From Marsupella aquatica (Eukaryota > Plantae > Marchantiophyta): a stretch of DNA of 64,000 bases. The position numbers and the translations under genes are program-made. Location: contig OZ316895.1 of NCBI GenBank assembly GCA_973895155.1, positions 2,467,659 through 2,531,658 of the forward strand. Direction: 5' to 3'. Below, in pieces: positions 37,001 to 50,908 of the stretch. The notes beneath the pieces are model-generated. The model was not told the origin of the DNA. It made no database searches and saw only the letters and a list, made by a program, of their open reading frames with translations. Positions within the stretch are counted from its first letter, which is position 1; each line of letters opens with the position of its first letter.

Positions 37001-40000
37001 GGTTGTGGGTGGGGTGTAGTGATATGAGTATTTGGGTTCTGGTCCAACCCTCTCTCCCTCCTGGTCCAGTCCCCCTATATGAACTCCTTTGTAAACTACC
37101 CTACAGAAGTGCATGGTCCAAAATTGGCAGTCTACCACTATTTAAGTTTTCAAGGCAAACAAAAGATAATGGCGATAAAAGTGGGGCTCTATTGGAAAGG
37201 CTGGGCTTCCACTCACCTCATTTTATGACAGTACTAGCTTAGAGTGGCATAAGAATGGGCAAGCACATTGTCTCCAATAAACACACCTTTTAAAGTAGAT
37301 ATTATCAAACAATCATAATTAGTAATGATGAGCTAGCATGTTCGCTGACGGAACGCGAACCTGTACCTATCCAATGTTTACTATTCAATTATGGGGAATC
37401 TACTTGCACATGCACTCCTAGATCTCATATTTACATTCAATCGTAGCCATTGACTACAATTGCAACTTGTCTCTGTGTTACCCATTCCCAATGAGGGACC
37501 AAGGAGTAAATAGCCCTTGAACAGACCAGGGAAGAGTGACGCTTACAGTACATAGTTACATGAAAGCTGAGAATTGGCAAATTTTCTTACTTAGCGTTTC
37601 AAGGTCGATATAACGTAGTGGCGATTGGCCCTCAATCCTGGGAGCCAATTGGTAACTTTCAAGGATAATTAGCCATCAAATAAAGAAAACATGATGGAGG
37701 ATCATGAAATCTAACTAGATCTGGACCCTTGGCTCAAAGGTGGCTTTTGGATAATTCGTTTTTTATTTCTACTGTTTCCCTTTGTAACTTTCACCAACAA
37801 GGTTTTGAGTTTACGTTCTGACAGAGGGTGGAGAATCAGGGTGGGGACCACACAAACATGGGCATTGCATGGCAGAAATTTCAGTAACTCTAAGACTTGG
37901 AGACAGAGTTACTTCTATTTGCTTAAAGGAAATAGATGAGAACTTTTTTGCCAAATCTCAGTATGCCTTTTCAAGTGTTACTGAGTAATCGCACAATGAT
38001 TTTTCTCTTTGTTAATTTCCAGTACATGTGTAGAGAAGAATCCGCAGATGATTTAGATTCGCACATTTTGATGTTTCTCCTCTACTTTTACCATAAATAA
38101 GAAAATAAGAAAACTCTGAGGCTTTTAAGTGCAACAGAGCACTACTGGCAATAATATCCTCTCAAACTCAAGTTAAGGCCCTCATTTTTCCTGGGCATTA
38201 CTATATTCTTGTAAAGGCGGAATATCAACAGCCAATTTGCATGTGGATGTTTGGTAAACTTGCTCCACATTCTCTGGGTGTAGAAGTAAACTTAAACTGG
38301 AAATTGGAGTTTCCTGAGCTAAAATTTCTGGATAAGACTTTTCTGAAAAAAGAAAGTACGGAATAAAACTTTTCGTGAAATTGTAATGCACGTGAACTTC
38401 TTCGAGCCTATTGGCCCATAGGACTTCAACTCCCAAAATATGCAGATCAGTATAATATCTTTGAGTCTGGTTATTAACAGTCAGAGGCATGGGCAGCAGC
38501 AGAAATTACCAAACTTGGTCAAGACACATTAACTAACGAACTAATAGTTTTGATTCCAAAAGGACAAGTTGGACACGAGCTTGGACAGTAGCTGAGTCCA
38601 AACTTTGACCAGAGCTAGTAACATGTGCTACGTACAAAACAATGCAGAGTCGAAGCTTTGCACCATGCCAGTTCCCAATCTACCATAATGATAATATATT
38701 CGTGGACCAAAGACAAAGAAGGACAAAACAACTACAATACAGTATCTAATGTAATTCTATAATTGTGCTTCCCATAGATCAATCCTTGATACACCACTCG
38801 CCATACTTGATTCCTTTTACGGGAATGTTTTATAGTGAAGACTAGCTTGCAGGGTCTAAACCCCAGTTCGAGAGTTCACGATCTTCTTTCGAGGAGTGCC
38901 TCTTGTACTTTAGTGGAGCTTAGACATTCACTATTCTTCCTTGGGGCGAGTAGTTGGACATGGAGGGACTACTCAAAATCACTTTCGGGACCCTCCTATG
39001 CACTTGACCTTGGAGCTTTACTAAGATTTTTGGTTTTTGTCTTTCCCCTTTACTGGGTCTCCTGCCTCCTCTTTTGTTTTTTTGGCACTGTGAAATATAC
39101 CAAAGACCAGCCCAAATACTATTGCTTACGCACTGGAAGGTTCCTTGTACCCGAGACTCCCAATGCCTGTGGCTCCTCACAAGCATAGTCTAATAATTAC
39201 AAAAAAAAGTATCACAGAAACTTTAGTTTTTGGTTTCACAGCAGAGAGTAGTCATGAAAGGTACTTTGATTGTCAGTTGTAGTACAGATTGGCACCCTTG
39301 GGACAAATATTGGTGAGAGTTTCTCACAGGTGATGGTGGCACCAGTTATTTTTAAGACTAAACTCAGTTCTTTATTTGGGCATTAGTTGGACTCTGAGAG
39401 TCTGTCACTTTTAAGGTGAAAACAGGTGTGAAGGAATCAACCTGAATGTTCAACAACTTTTAAGGCACAATTTTTTTTGCACTGAACCAGTAAAATCTTC
39501 GATCTACTTGCCAAATTTGGGGGACCAAAGAGTGTTCACACCTTTGTGTTGGGACAAATCTTGTGGACCTTGCTGAAACGGGGCAAACATGAAAGAACTT
39601 TGAAACATAGCTCTTCAAATGTTGCTCCTGGCTGGAAACCCTACAGGAGAGCGAAAAGACCCAAGCATTAACAAGTTATTTGAAGCGGATGGTTTCTACA
39701 CTGTTCATTTTGCTAAAGTTGATATTAAGCTTGTTCCTACGTCAATAGCCCACACATTGATGTTTAGAAGCAATACATAAATTTGCCTATGTGCAAGCAT
39801 TGGGTTTGAGTTATGTGACACCAAAAGTGTAGCTCCCATATGGTCCCTATATCATTTTGACAATTTCGAAGTCATCAGTGCAAACTTGGAAGGACTATTT
39901 CTAAAACTACCTACTTAAAGAAACAGATGGAAGAGCTTACTTAGCAAGCCTCTTGATCCTTTGCTGGCTTCATGCCTCTATATATTGTTTTTCACGACCA

Positions 40001-43000
40001 TAATACTGTGAGTTGTGTGTTAGGTAAAGCTTTCCTCTGGAGACAGTTATCCTAAATAAAGGCCTGAGGGTTTTCATTGTGGACATCTCCTCACTGAGAG
40101 AGTATTAGTGCCTACTCAAGCAAGAATGCGCTGCACATGACAGACTGCACTTGCAACTTTGTTGCTCTAGATAAATAGCACCCGATCTACAAACTAAAAT
40201 TTCTGGCAGAGACTAAGGTGTACAAGAAAATCCTCCATACACCCACCATTTACAAGAATAGCAACATGTTGCAACTAGGCTGGTAACTTGCTTAATATTA
40301 GCTAATGGCCGATGAGTTCATGTAGTCCACTTCATTATCCTAAAGCTATGACATACCTAATTGTTCTCTCTAGCAACCTACCCTACACTGGTACGTACTA
40401 TTAAATGGCTAGCATTTTGATAGCTGCTTCAGCCCAAGATAGCTATAATGCATGCATGCAGGCGGTTCCCTTTCTAGACGTCATTTGGTCCAGGTTTTGG
40501 GGTGAGGGAGCCCACCCTGGTCCCCCAAAAGAGCATGACGCTAAGGTGACTAGTCCCCTTTCTGTCAAGTGAGCCGTGTGGCAGGGTGATGTGAGACCTG
40601 AAACCCCTTTCTATTCCATCAAGTCATGGATATCATATAGAAATAAATTAAATTATCTTCCAGGCCTGGCAATGATGTTGCTTATGTCAACACGATGGAA
40701 CAGTGGTGATGTCCTTAAAACTGTCATTTGCTTTCACATGCCACGGTCAAAGGATGTTTTCTCCTGAAGATTCCTCTTGCCAACCTTTGAACCTTCTCTA
40801 CACTAGCCAGGCCAACACATTCAACTATGCCAGTGTTTCGTGAGTGACGTTCCGAATGATACTTATGCCCTGCATGATTTTTCTGGAGAAGAATTCATTT
40901 CTGAACAAGATTTGATCAGAATTCTCCTCTACTTTTACTAATATTAGTAAGCTAGAATACAAGCTATTACCATAGCATTCTGGGCAGTAACAGCCCCTCA
41001 AAACTCAAAACTGAAGGTCTCGCTTTTGGGGGTAATATATCTCACAGTGCCTTGTGGACCCGACTTCACTGTCCAGATCTGACTGAACATAGGTCTAAGG
41101 GTCATAATGTGACCTTACAAGTCAAGTAATGTTTCTTTTGCTAAACCCAGGGTTCTCAACTTGCCATATCCGGAACCTGCCCAAAACACAAAAGTAAACA
41201 CTGGTGACAGCCCTTTTCACTCAAGGGCACTGTCTTGATGCAGCTGGCGAATCAGTTTCTAGATTTCAATATTTAATTTTCACTCAGCAAATCAGATTTT
41301 TTTTGCAAATAAGACATAAAGGACTGTACAAGAATGAGAGGATAAAAATTGACAGGTCATTTGTCTTTCAGAGAGATACTAGATGGACCCCTATATTGAG
41401 AAGTGTTACTTAATGTACCCTATGAGGCCCCATGAGATTTTAGGACGGTTGATTTAAGGTCTATCAAGGGTATGAATCACTCATGGGGTCCATCAAGTAA
41501 AGATTTTGATTTTGGGGGTCCATCCGGAATATCTCTCTTTGTCTTTGGCTATACCTGATCTACAGTTCTATTAAGAGTGACTCCTGACTAAAAATGGTGG
41601 TCTGGTAGTGCATTTAATGTTTAATGTGTACTGACAGACTGAGCAAAATACTCAGAGGTTCTGTCACAGTAGACCACCGCAGGTCTAAACTTTTCTAAAC
41701 TTTGGCCACAACTATGTTAGCCAGATAAAGTGACCTCTCAATTCATATAAAGTCCAAGTGGATGGCTCACTTGATATGAAGGGTTGCGACAAAATCAAAA
41801 TCTTGGATGTATCCTGTCATTTGTTGTCCAGTCATTCTTGAAAGCCCCCAGTGGATCAGCCGATTATATGCTTTACTCTAAATACTCGGGCTGAGGGTGG
41901 TAAAGTCATTAAAATCTAGGTGAGATGGCTGATGCCTGCTCTCTCTTGCTCACAAGTCATCCCAGGGTTGCAAAATTCATTCACCCTGTGGCTTAGCTCC
42001 CGTGAGAAGCTTATTCCGGTGTATGGCTCTATATTTCAACCACCATAGCAATGCACAGAAATTGCAAGTCATATTGGATATACACCAGAAAGGTAATTCA
42101 CCTGCCTCTGTACCATTTATGGAAAACTCTATATGCTCCCAATTTCTCCTCACACGTTGTTCAATCTCTCTCTCGTTTTTTAAGGGGCTGTGGCCAAGGA
42201 CCTCATAAAAAAAACAATATACCAAAAGGGGGAAAAAATACCAAGGTTAAGGGGTTTCGGCCACCCGACTCAATGATTATATACCGTGAGATACATACTT
42301 TCTGAGTATTATGGCTGGCCAATCATATACAAATTGTAATTTCCGAGGTCTCATTAGTTGACCTCACTTCTTCCGGTCTAAAATCGATGGAAAATTGTGT
42401 GAAGTACGGCAGCTCATAAAGTACTACAATATCGGCGACAGACACACCAAAAGAAGTTGTACAAAAGCAAAAGATTCTTCAGGCCATTTAACAAAGGGAA
42501 TTTAAAATCTACGAGCTCCAAAAGTACTACTCAACGCTAGACATGCCAACACCATAGTTGTTGAAAAGCTCAAGATTCTCAAGTACAAGATGTACAATAT
42601 AGACACATACAGCCCATTAAGACCACAGACACCTAACTATTACGGAGATTGATGTCAGTCATTGTTTAGGATCACCTCATGGTTTGCATCCTCTTTAAAG
42701 TACTAACGACCACTGCTTAGAATACTCTTCAGTATTAGTCAAACTTGAAGGAAGGGGCTGGGCTTCCCGACTCGTCTTATTATGTTCCTTTTACAAACTT
42801 GCTTTTCACATCGATCCCAGTTTTGTGCGTATGAGTCATACACGAGCCTGAATGCCCGTTCTTGAATCTAATTAGATATGATGACTAACATATCATGCAT
42901 GCTATCTCTATCATGCACGTTCATCTTTTTTGAAATACATAATGTCCCATCCTTGTTTCCATGTAAATATGAATCTGATTAGACATCATGACAAATATCA

Positions 43001-43104
43001 TCATGCATGTTATCTTTATCATGACCCTCATCTTTTTTTAAATGCATAATGTCCAATCTTTATTTCCATAGACAAATTTGATGGAAGATTATGGTCTAGA
43101 GTCT

Positions 43105-43258
43105 TCACTCTAGAAACCTAAACCCTTTACTCTAGGTTTTGTTGGCACTCTAGAAACCTAAACCCCTTACTCTAGGTTTTGACCTAAACCCCTTACTCTA
43201 GGTTTTGTTTGCAGTTCACTCTAAAAACCTAAACCCCCTACTCTAAGGTTTTGTTTGC
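43105..43258. repeat. About 4 imperfect ~40-bp repeats containing ctaaaccc
   Basis: cactctagaaacctaaacccc...tactctaggtttt repeated. Confidence 0.75.
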
Positions 43259-43505
43259 GGTTTATGAGTAAGATGAGAAATGGAATAACATTAAAAAGTC
43301 TCATATGTTAGGATGGTCTCATAGTTTGGGTTCCTTTAGGATCATCTCTGACAGTAAGGTATTCTGTGCGTTCTGTTACCGGGGGGTTACCAAGCTCTTC
43401 TCAAAGTGCTGATGCTCTACATACCAAAACCCCTAGATTTCAACTGGAAATGAGCTCTCTATTAAACCCTGGAGTGTTACAGGATCCTGAAAGTACGGAC
43501 TATGC

Positions 43506-43765
43506 CTTCGAAATGGATACATACATTTTACAGATGCCATAGATGGATTGAAGTTAGCCTCAAAATGGACACATACATTTTACAGATGCCATAGATGGAC
43601 TGAAGTTAGCTTCGAAATGGATACATACATTTTGCAGATGCCATAGATGGACTGAAATTTGCTTCCAAATGGACACATACATTTACAGATGCCATAGATG
43701 GACTGAAGTTAGCTTCGAAATGGATACATACATTTTACAGATGCCATACACGGACTGAAGTTAGC
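43506..43765. repeat. Minisatellite, 5 x 52 bp
   Basis: aaatgg anchor at 43511, 43563, 43615, 43667 and 43718; unit ttcgaaatggatacatacattttacagatgccatagatggactgaagttagc. Confidence 0.92.
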
Positions 43766-44621
43766 AAAAATCATGGAGACATCATAACTGTTGTATCCCT
43801 ACACTACATTTGATTGGTGTTCAACTAAATGTTCTCTACATCGTTGAGAAGAACAACTAGACTCAGCCACTGTACTCACTTGAAAATTATCCAAGTGGTA
43901 TGGTGTGCTCCGATGGCAGCTTTGTAAAATGAACCAGTACAGCTTGCCTAACGCTTTTCTGACAGAAAACAATGGTCTTAAGTTTGGGAGCAAGCGGTGA
44001 ATAAGATGTGGTAGGTGTAGTCTGAATTCCAACGATAACTGTTTACAACAAACACCACTGCACTACAGAACTAGAGAGCATGGTTGGGATACAATCTTAA
44101 CTGACACTGATCAGTGACTGTGCTCCATAGGATTTCAAAGGACTTCCTGAACATGGAATTATACTGGCCAGAAATCACCTGAACATTCGCCAAACTGGAA
44201 AAATCCCGCTACAAGGAGATCCAGGGAGCAGATGAGCAGCCTTACATGCACTACATGTGTTGTCTCGGTCGAGTAGTCCAAAAAATCACTTTATTTTGCC
44301 AATTTTTCTTATAGTACAATACTAATCGCATGGGATGAAATCGCTACTCACAACAAGTAACAGGTTCCATCACGAACCTTCTACACTTGGGTGTGCATAA
44401 CGCTCACTGACTGAGACATTCTAACTAGCCACAGACCATTCAGGATACCAGGGTGTACAACAGGCAGTTGCCCACCCGTGCCCCCACAGAGCAGAACGGT
44501 CTTTCATAATTGTTTCGAGTGTGCACAGGTCAATCTAAGGTGACCCTGCAACTTCGGAAGAAGATGGCTGTCGGAAAATTAATCTCCGATTAACGCTTTC
44601 AAATTGTCTCGTTCATTGTCC

Positions 44622-47296
44622 TCACGCTGTAGGGCTTAATTTTAGAGAAGCACTGCAACACAGAAACACAACTGTTATTCTAATCACAAGTATGCATAGC
44701 GGACGTAAGATAATCAAACCCCAAGAACCGTTACGATGTCTGTTTTGTGTAAGTGAGATTCACAGAAGACCTACCCAGTTTCTAGATTTTTGTTCTCCAA
44801 TTACATTGATCGCGCACAGCAGACAATGATGTAGCTTCCTACAGACAAAAAGTTGCCTTAGCATTTACCTGTTAATACAATAGCGCTTCCCTGTTGGCCG
44901 AGGTCCGTCACTGAAAACATGACCTAAATGTGCATCACACTTGGCACACAGAACTTCTGTGCGTGGCATGAATGGGATTGACCGATCCGTTTCTGATTTT
45001 ACGTTTTTCCCAATAGGTTCCCAGTATGATGGCCATCCAGTACCACTGTCAAACTTTGTCTTTGAGCTGTAACAACCCTCGCACAATACCAACAGAATGA
45101 AGTCAAGACCCTCAAATTACTGAGGCTTGGGCGACCATAGCTAGATCAGTGGCAAGTACTATATTTCCTTGCTATTCTGTTCTGTGCCTATTGCTAAAAA
45201 CGTCAACAGAGGAAGGTCCAGTGCATTGAGTATCACTTAAGAAAGGTTTATCCTAGTCCTTTCCCTGAAAATAATCTTACAGTATTTCCGTATAGATTGA
45301 ATTTCAGGATAGGATGGCCTTCCAGCGAGAGTTCAGATACAAAACAGTGAAATACAGCGAATATGAAAATTGCAAAGGATCAGAAATTCATTCACAAAGT
45401 GAACAAGCATCTAGACGCCCACGTCATATATCCCTTGATAGATGATATACTACTGGAATGGAAACCTTACTCAAATAATGGAGTACTGCAACATACACAT
45501 AGATATGTTCCTGCCGTCTTTGTGTTCCAATATTCCCTGTACAAGTCCACCAATATCTCTGAGAAACTGTTGTCGACTTCAAGTTCAACATGATTGCTAC
45601 CTGTCAACTACAGAGTCCAAACCAAATAGTTGGTCCACACAAAAGAGGATCCAAAGTATTCATAATCTGTGGAAGCCCGCAGAGTTGACATCCTGGTGAC
45701 CTACCCTGTAAACGCTCGCTCTGTTCCTTTCTTCCGAGCAACATTAAACTGCTCGTTCGTGAGACGCCGCTTCCATTCCGAGTCGCTGATAGATGAATAG
45801 TTCTCCTCTGCATATGCCAAACTGATATGGTTAATTATGAAGAACCACAAGTATTGAAATGATAGTCAAGATCTAGAGATTTCACTTTACGGGCTTCAAA
45901 TGAGGTCAACGCAGTTTGTAACATAAGAAAATTCTATGGGTCGCTCACCAGTACTCGAGAACTCCTGGGCGGAGCTTTTCGCACTGTCGGGGTCTATTTT
46001 GTGGGTAGAGCTCGAGCTGCCCATAGCTCTTAACCTTTCACGACTCTGTCTAGTTTTGAAAGAGGCGAAATCAGCACCTAGGAGCCAATTTTGAGGAGAC
46101 AGAACCCGCTCTAAATGACGTGAAGGGCGGCTGCTCACAACTTCAATTCGGGAACCGCTCCCACCTGTCAGAGAACCCACTTCCACCACCACACAGAATC
46201 TGAGAAGGTGCTAAGAAACGAATTAGTTTGCATCCTTCAACCCTTCCAAAACATTCTTCCGTTGCAAGCTTAAATTCTGGGTTCAAGCCATTCGCATTTA
46301 TTCCAATCGACACGTCTTCTCGTTGCCTCTCTCTGCTATCTCTGCAGAGCTAAGAAATTGATGTCCTCAAATTTCTCAGGTAGGGATGTCCAAAGGGATG
46401 AGTTTTCTCCCCTCCAACCACGTCAAGTTCTGCTCAAGGGAGGTTTGCTGAAGTTTTCACAGCAACATCCTGAGGACGATCCACAAACTAATTCTTGCAG
46501 ACGAGAATTACCAAGAAAAAATCCTCCCTGAAGCCCTGAATTTGGATAATCAGGCAGATGGATGGCTCTATCAGAAAATACAAGTACAATTACAGCCCCC
46601 AGGGAATAAAATCTGTATATATTGTTCAATATGCTGAACCCTGGAGACTGATATATCTAGATAATTCCGTCTTCACTATAATGGCAGGACAACTTATCCA
46701 GATGCTCGCTCTAGTCATTCACCGTCGTCTTTGCAAAATTTCTTTTCCAGCGGTGTCCTTCAGACCTCTTTCAGTTTTGTCACAAAAAGTTTTCCTAAGC
46801 TTAAACATCACTCTCCGAAACAACCACATTGAAAATCTAGGGCCATGCCCATTTCCGAATTCACTAGAGCACTCGCGGTTGTCGGCAGGGAGGCGACAAC
46901 TCGAAGCCCCAAATTATAATCTTGGAGGGCCAGTCGATAGCCGACCCAAACCACGGAGAGAGAAAATGACCTCAACGGGGAGTAAACATGTAAAACCCAG
47001 AGATCAGCTCTGTTGCACGAAACTTTGTCTCTATGATTATAAAAACAGACCAGTCCAGATGCTCTCTTTCATATCCACGATAGTAGAAGCAATCTTCCTG
47101 ACCGAGCTGACCAAAACGATGAAGGAAATGGGAGACAGTCAATCATGCAGAAGTTCAAGTTGCTCCATTGCAAAGGTGATAGACATACCGTACTTGCGCT
47201 CGCCAATTCGCAGCCTCGCAATGCCCGAAATGGAATTCTTGCAACAGCAGCAGCTGAATAAGCGTAGACCCGAAGACGGGGAAACAAATCGCCCAT
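44622..47296 (-). CDS. MSRB1: Peptide methionine sulfoxide reductase B, plastid MSRB1-like, spliced
   Basis: Exons ~47296-47189, 46210-45949, ~45810-45705 (EWKRRLT...GTERAFTG), ~45537-45470 ([16 protein letters not shown]), ~45066-44869 ([11 protein letters not shown]...HLGHVF...RYCIN) and 44652-44622. First exon is inferred from phase. Confidence 0.9.
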
Positions 47297-50200
47297 GAAC
47301 TGGAGCAGCAGCAGCGTGGTGTGTCATCAGCGACATAAGGTGATCGACACGGAAACGGCCGCGTGAATCGACGTGGACCTTGCAAATTACGACAACCCAA
47401 CGAACCTTCGTGTCGACCTCCCTATCTTCTTTTCGCACTTTCTATAATAAAGGATACAAATTTCCCCGTCTTACTCTGACTCAAAGCATTCTGCGTCTCC
47501 GAAATCCTACAACTCTGTAATACAGTACCTCTTTTCCTTGGTCGTCAAAATCAGTCCAATCCAATCTTATTTGATTGCATTCAATTTACTTCAATTCAAT
47601 TCGATTCGATTCGACACTGTGAGAGTTAGCCGCAGACCAGGAACGATGGGAAGCCTCAGCCGATTTCGAGCTGGCAGTGCGAAGGGCAGAATCGATGGGA
47701 GTTTTTGTGGGTAAACAGAGAGAATGGACTGGTGGATGCAGACCGTGGTATGGAAGCTGATGCGAAAGCGATGAGAGGATGATGGAGTTTGGCGATCTGT
47801 TTCTGTGAGCACGTGAGGGACAAATGCGATTCTGGATTGGTCTCGTCAATTCGATGAAGGAGGGAGAGTGACCACAAGAGGAGGAGCACGTGGTGCAATG
47901 TGAGCGATTCAAACTCAGAAGGTAACAGAGGAGAAACAAAGGCAAAGAGCATTTCCGTTTGTTGTAAAGGACCTATTTACTGAAAATGGCCAAATAACAT
48001 ACAATGGAGTAAAAGGAAAGAGGTCCAGACATAACAGGAACCTCAAAAAGGACATGGAAAAAATCACGCCAACCTCAAAAAGGACAGGGAAAAATCATGC
48101 AAACTCCATAAACATAGAAAGAGTACCAAATTAATAAGAGATAACTTACTCACAAAGTAGAATTGCCTTATAACTGTTTTAATTTTTATGGTCTTGTTTG
48201 TTGGTGAAAACTGAACCCAGAGGCAGCCATTGTTTGGTGCGCTAATATTAGCCTAAATCTTATGTTGAAAAAGAACTGGCCAATAATACTCAGAAATGAA
48301 TTGTGAAAAAGTTGAATCCACGGTGATGGATGATTAGCCAGAAAGTACTATAAATTAACTATCTGTTGTGTAAAACTAGGTTTCATGTCTTCCTGTAGTG
48401 TAGTGTTCCTGCCCTCCTTATAGAGCTAGTTGTCGCTATAGCAAATATTTCAAACTAAGAAAAAATTGGGCTGCCTGATGCTGTTGAGCAATGAACCATT
48501 CATAGACAGCATAAACATGTAAAGAAACATAGTCAAAAAAAGAAGAAGAATGGACACAAGAGATATGTGTTTCACCTCTCCAAAACACTATGTCCACAAG
48601 AAACACAAAAGAATCTTGTTGCACTTTAGATGAGTTGGTGATACCAAGTTTCACAAGCTCTTTCTATCTCTCATACATCTCCTTAATAATGAGCCTAATT
48701 TCACTCGCAGTTAACTCTTGTTTCTGCATATACTAAGTAGTATATCTAATCTTCATCAGATATCTGATTAGGATTAGATTTATTATGTTACAGAGTAACT
48801 CTAGACCAAAGAATAGATGCATAACAAGACATTGTGGATAAGTGGTAATGAAACCTTTTGGTGTGAATTGTGTGCATACATATAGATCTATGCAATATCA
48901 AGATACATAATTATTTTGGCTAGAAAATTCATATTTGTAAGAAAATGGCGGATTGAAGGGAGACCCACCAGAGCAGTCACCACCATGCGGACGGGGACTT
49001 CTAGCTGCTGGCTAACTAAGCGCCAAATGAGAAGTCTAAGGGGCACTTTACAAGACGGGCGCAGCACTTCACTTCTCTTTTGAACTTGATATTTTTCATC
49101 TGACCCGTTCATTCAACCTGCCCGGGCTGATGCTGCTTTAGAAACCTATTGTGGTAAGTTGTGTGTCGGGGGTACCCAAACCTGCGTGTGCCCATGGTTC
49201 GGGTACTTTTAAACAGGCCTGGGGCTCTCAGCCAGGCGGAAGACTATCGCACCAAAGGAGGTGCGATAATGTTATGGCCGTCTTGCCCTTGCGATTTCCC
49301 ATTATTCACGGTAGTGGTTCAGCTGAAAATTCATGCTTCCTGCGAGCGATTCGAACTTGGGGGGCTGGGAGGGAGCTTTGAGAGAGGCTTCAAATTACAA
49401 ATTTCAAGTAGTTGCATTCTTCCACGTCCCTACCGTGGAAGATGACGACAATATATGGACCAACAGCTCCTCATCTGGGAGCACTTGTTATTCAATTTTG
49501 GATTTTCCAGGAAGAGATCGCAACAGTGTTGGAGTTCACGACAGTGTAGACATGGCAAGAATTGGTAATTTCTCTTCTTGGCATGAGAAGATGCGATCAG
49601 CACCTGTGCCAGATTCTCAATTTTCACAGGAATTTTCCCAAGGAGCCCACAATATGTTCAATGCCAAGTTTATGGCACTCATGAATGAACCTTTATTGGT
49701 TTCACAATTCTCTGCTCCTCAGTTGCTGCCCGTTGCTTCCTCTGCTCCTTGTTTCTCTCAATCAACGTCATTTGATCACTAGTTGTGCCTGGGAAATCCA
49801 TTCTGGTCCAAAGCAAACCAGGAAATTCCCTCTATGCAGATATGCCAAGCATCAGAGAATCCACGAGTAGCGCCTACAAGCGGTGAGGGGGCGATTGCTG
49901 GAAAGAAATGGGTAGCTGGGAAAAAGAGCTCAAAGAAGGCCAAGAAGGCCAAGAACATCGATGCTGATCAGGAAGGGGATGAAGATGTTGACTAATCTTC
50001 AACAATCGCTGGGAGGATGCAAATGTAATACAACTCAAAGTGATAAGACGATAGTTAGAGGTACATATGGCAAGAGATATTGAACATGATGTTCTGTGCT
50101 TGTATAGATGCAATGCTCAATGTGATGAACATGTACAATCACTGAGACAATCTATCATTGAAGTACTCGTTTTAATTTTGCTATGTATTTTGTAGAATAG

Positions 50201-50484
50201 ACCTATCCGTAAACTATGGGTTAATACTGGTTTTGATTATCAAATATTTTCCTATGCTTAACTTTCATTTTGTGTTGCTCTTGTCATGTTACAGTGTTAC
50301 TTTTTGTCGAGAAAGAGTTACCAGTCATGCATGCCTGTTTGAGAAAGTTTGCGGATAGATTCAATTGTTGTCTAAAGGTGCACAAAAGAGGCACCAAATG
50401 AAATACAAGTATACCGACAGGATTGATTTGTCACCAACCCTATGTCTGTAGAATTTCAGGATTTTTGTATGGTACAATTGTGTT

Positions 50485-50908
50485 GAAAGACAAATACCTG
50501 AACCTTTTAACCTTTAATTTTGAGCTGTATTTTTAGGGGCTCTTTATTCAGGTGACACTTATTGATGTATAAACCCATAAGTGTTGTAAAGTTATCAACT
50601 AACAGGGATATAATCTACAGTACATCCAACTGTTGAGTTCTAGCTGCCCGGTTGAGCCTGGTGGAGAGTCTCTCCTTCTCAGAAATAAGGACAAATTGAG
50701 CAGAGCAAACTGGAGTCTTAAAAAGATCAACATTTACCCCAAAGTACCTGAATGGAACTAAGGCATTTAAAAATTAAGGGGGGTTACAAGAAATTACTAA
50801 ACTTGGAATAATACAAAAAAAAGCCTAGACTAGGTCAAATGCATATAAAATACATGACAAGCAACATGAATAAGACAAGACAACCAAAAGGTATTCCGCC
50901 ATATAGCA
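50485..50908 (-). repeat. Dispersed repeat copy 2 (inverted relative to 25396-25810)
   Basis: Long stretches of reverse-complement identity with copy 1. Confidence 0.8.

Noticed and set aside
43506-43765. CRISPR-like array
   Set aside because: Units are contiguous with no unique spacers, there are no cas genes, and the context is eukaryotic.
46558-47298. 246-aa plus-strand ORF
   Set aside because: Antisense to MSRB exon 1 and intron 1, with no recognisable domain.
49333-50130. Stop-interrupted ORF, possibly a DNA-transposon accessory gene remnant
   Set aside because: No identifiable motif, so a product call cannot be supported.
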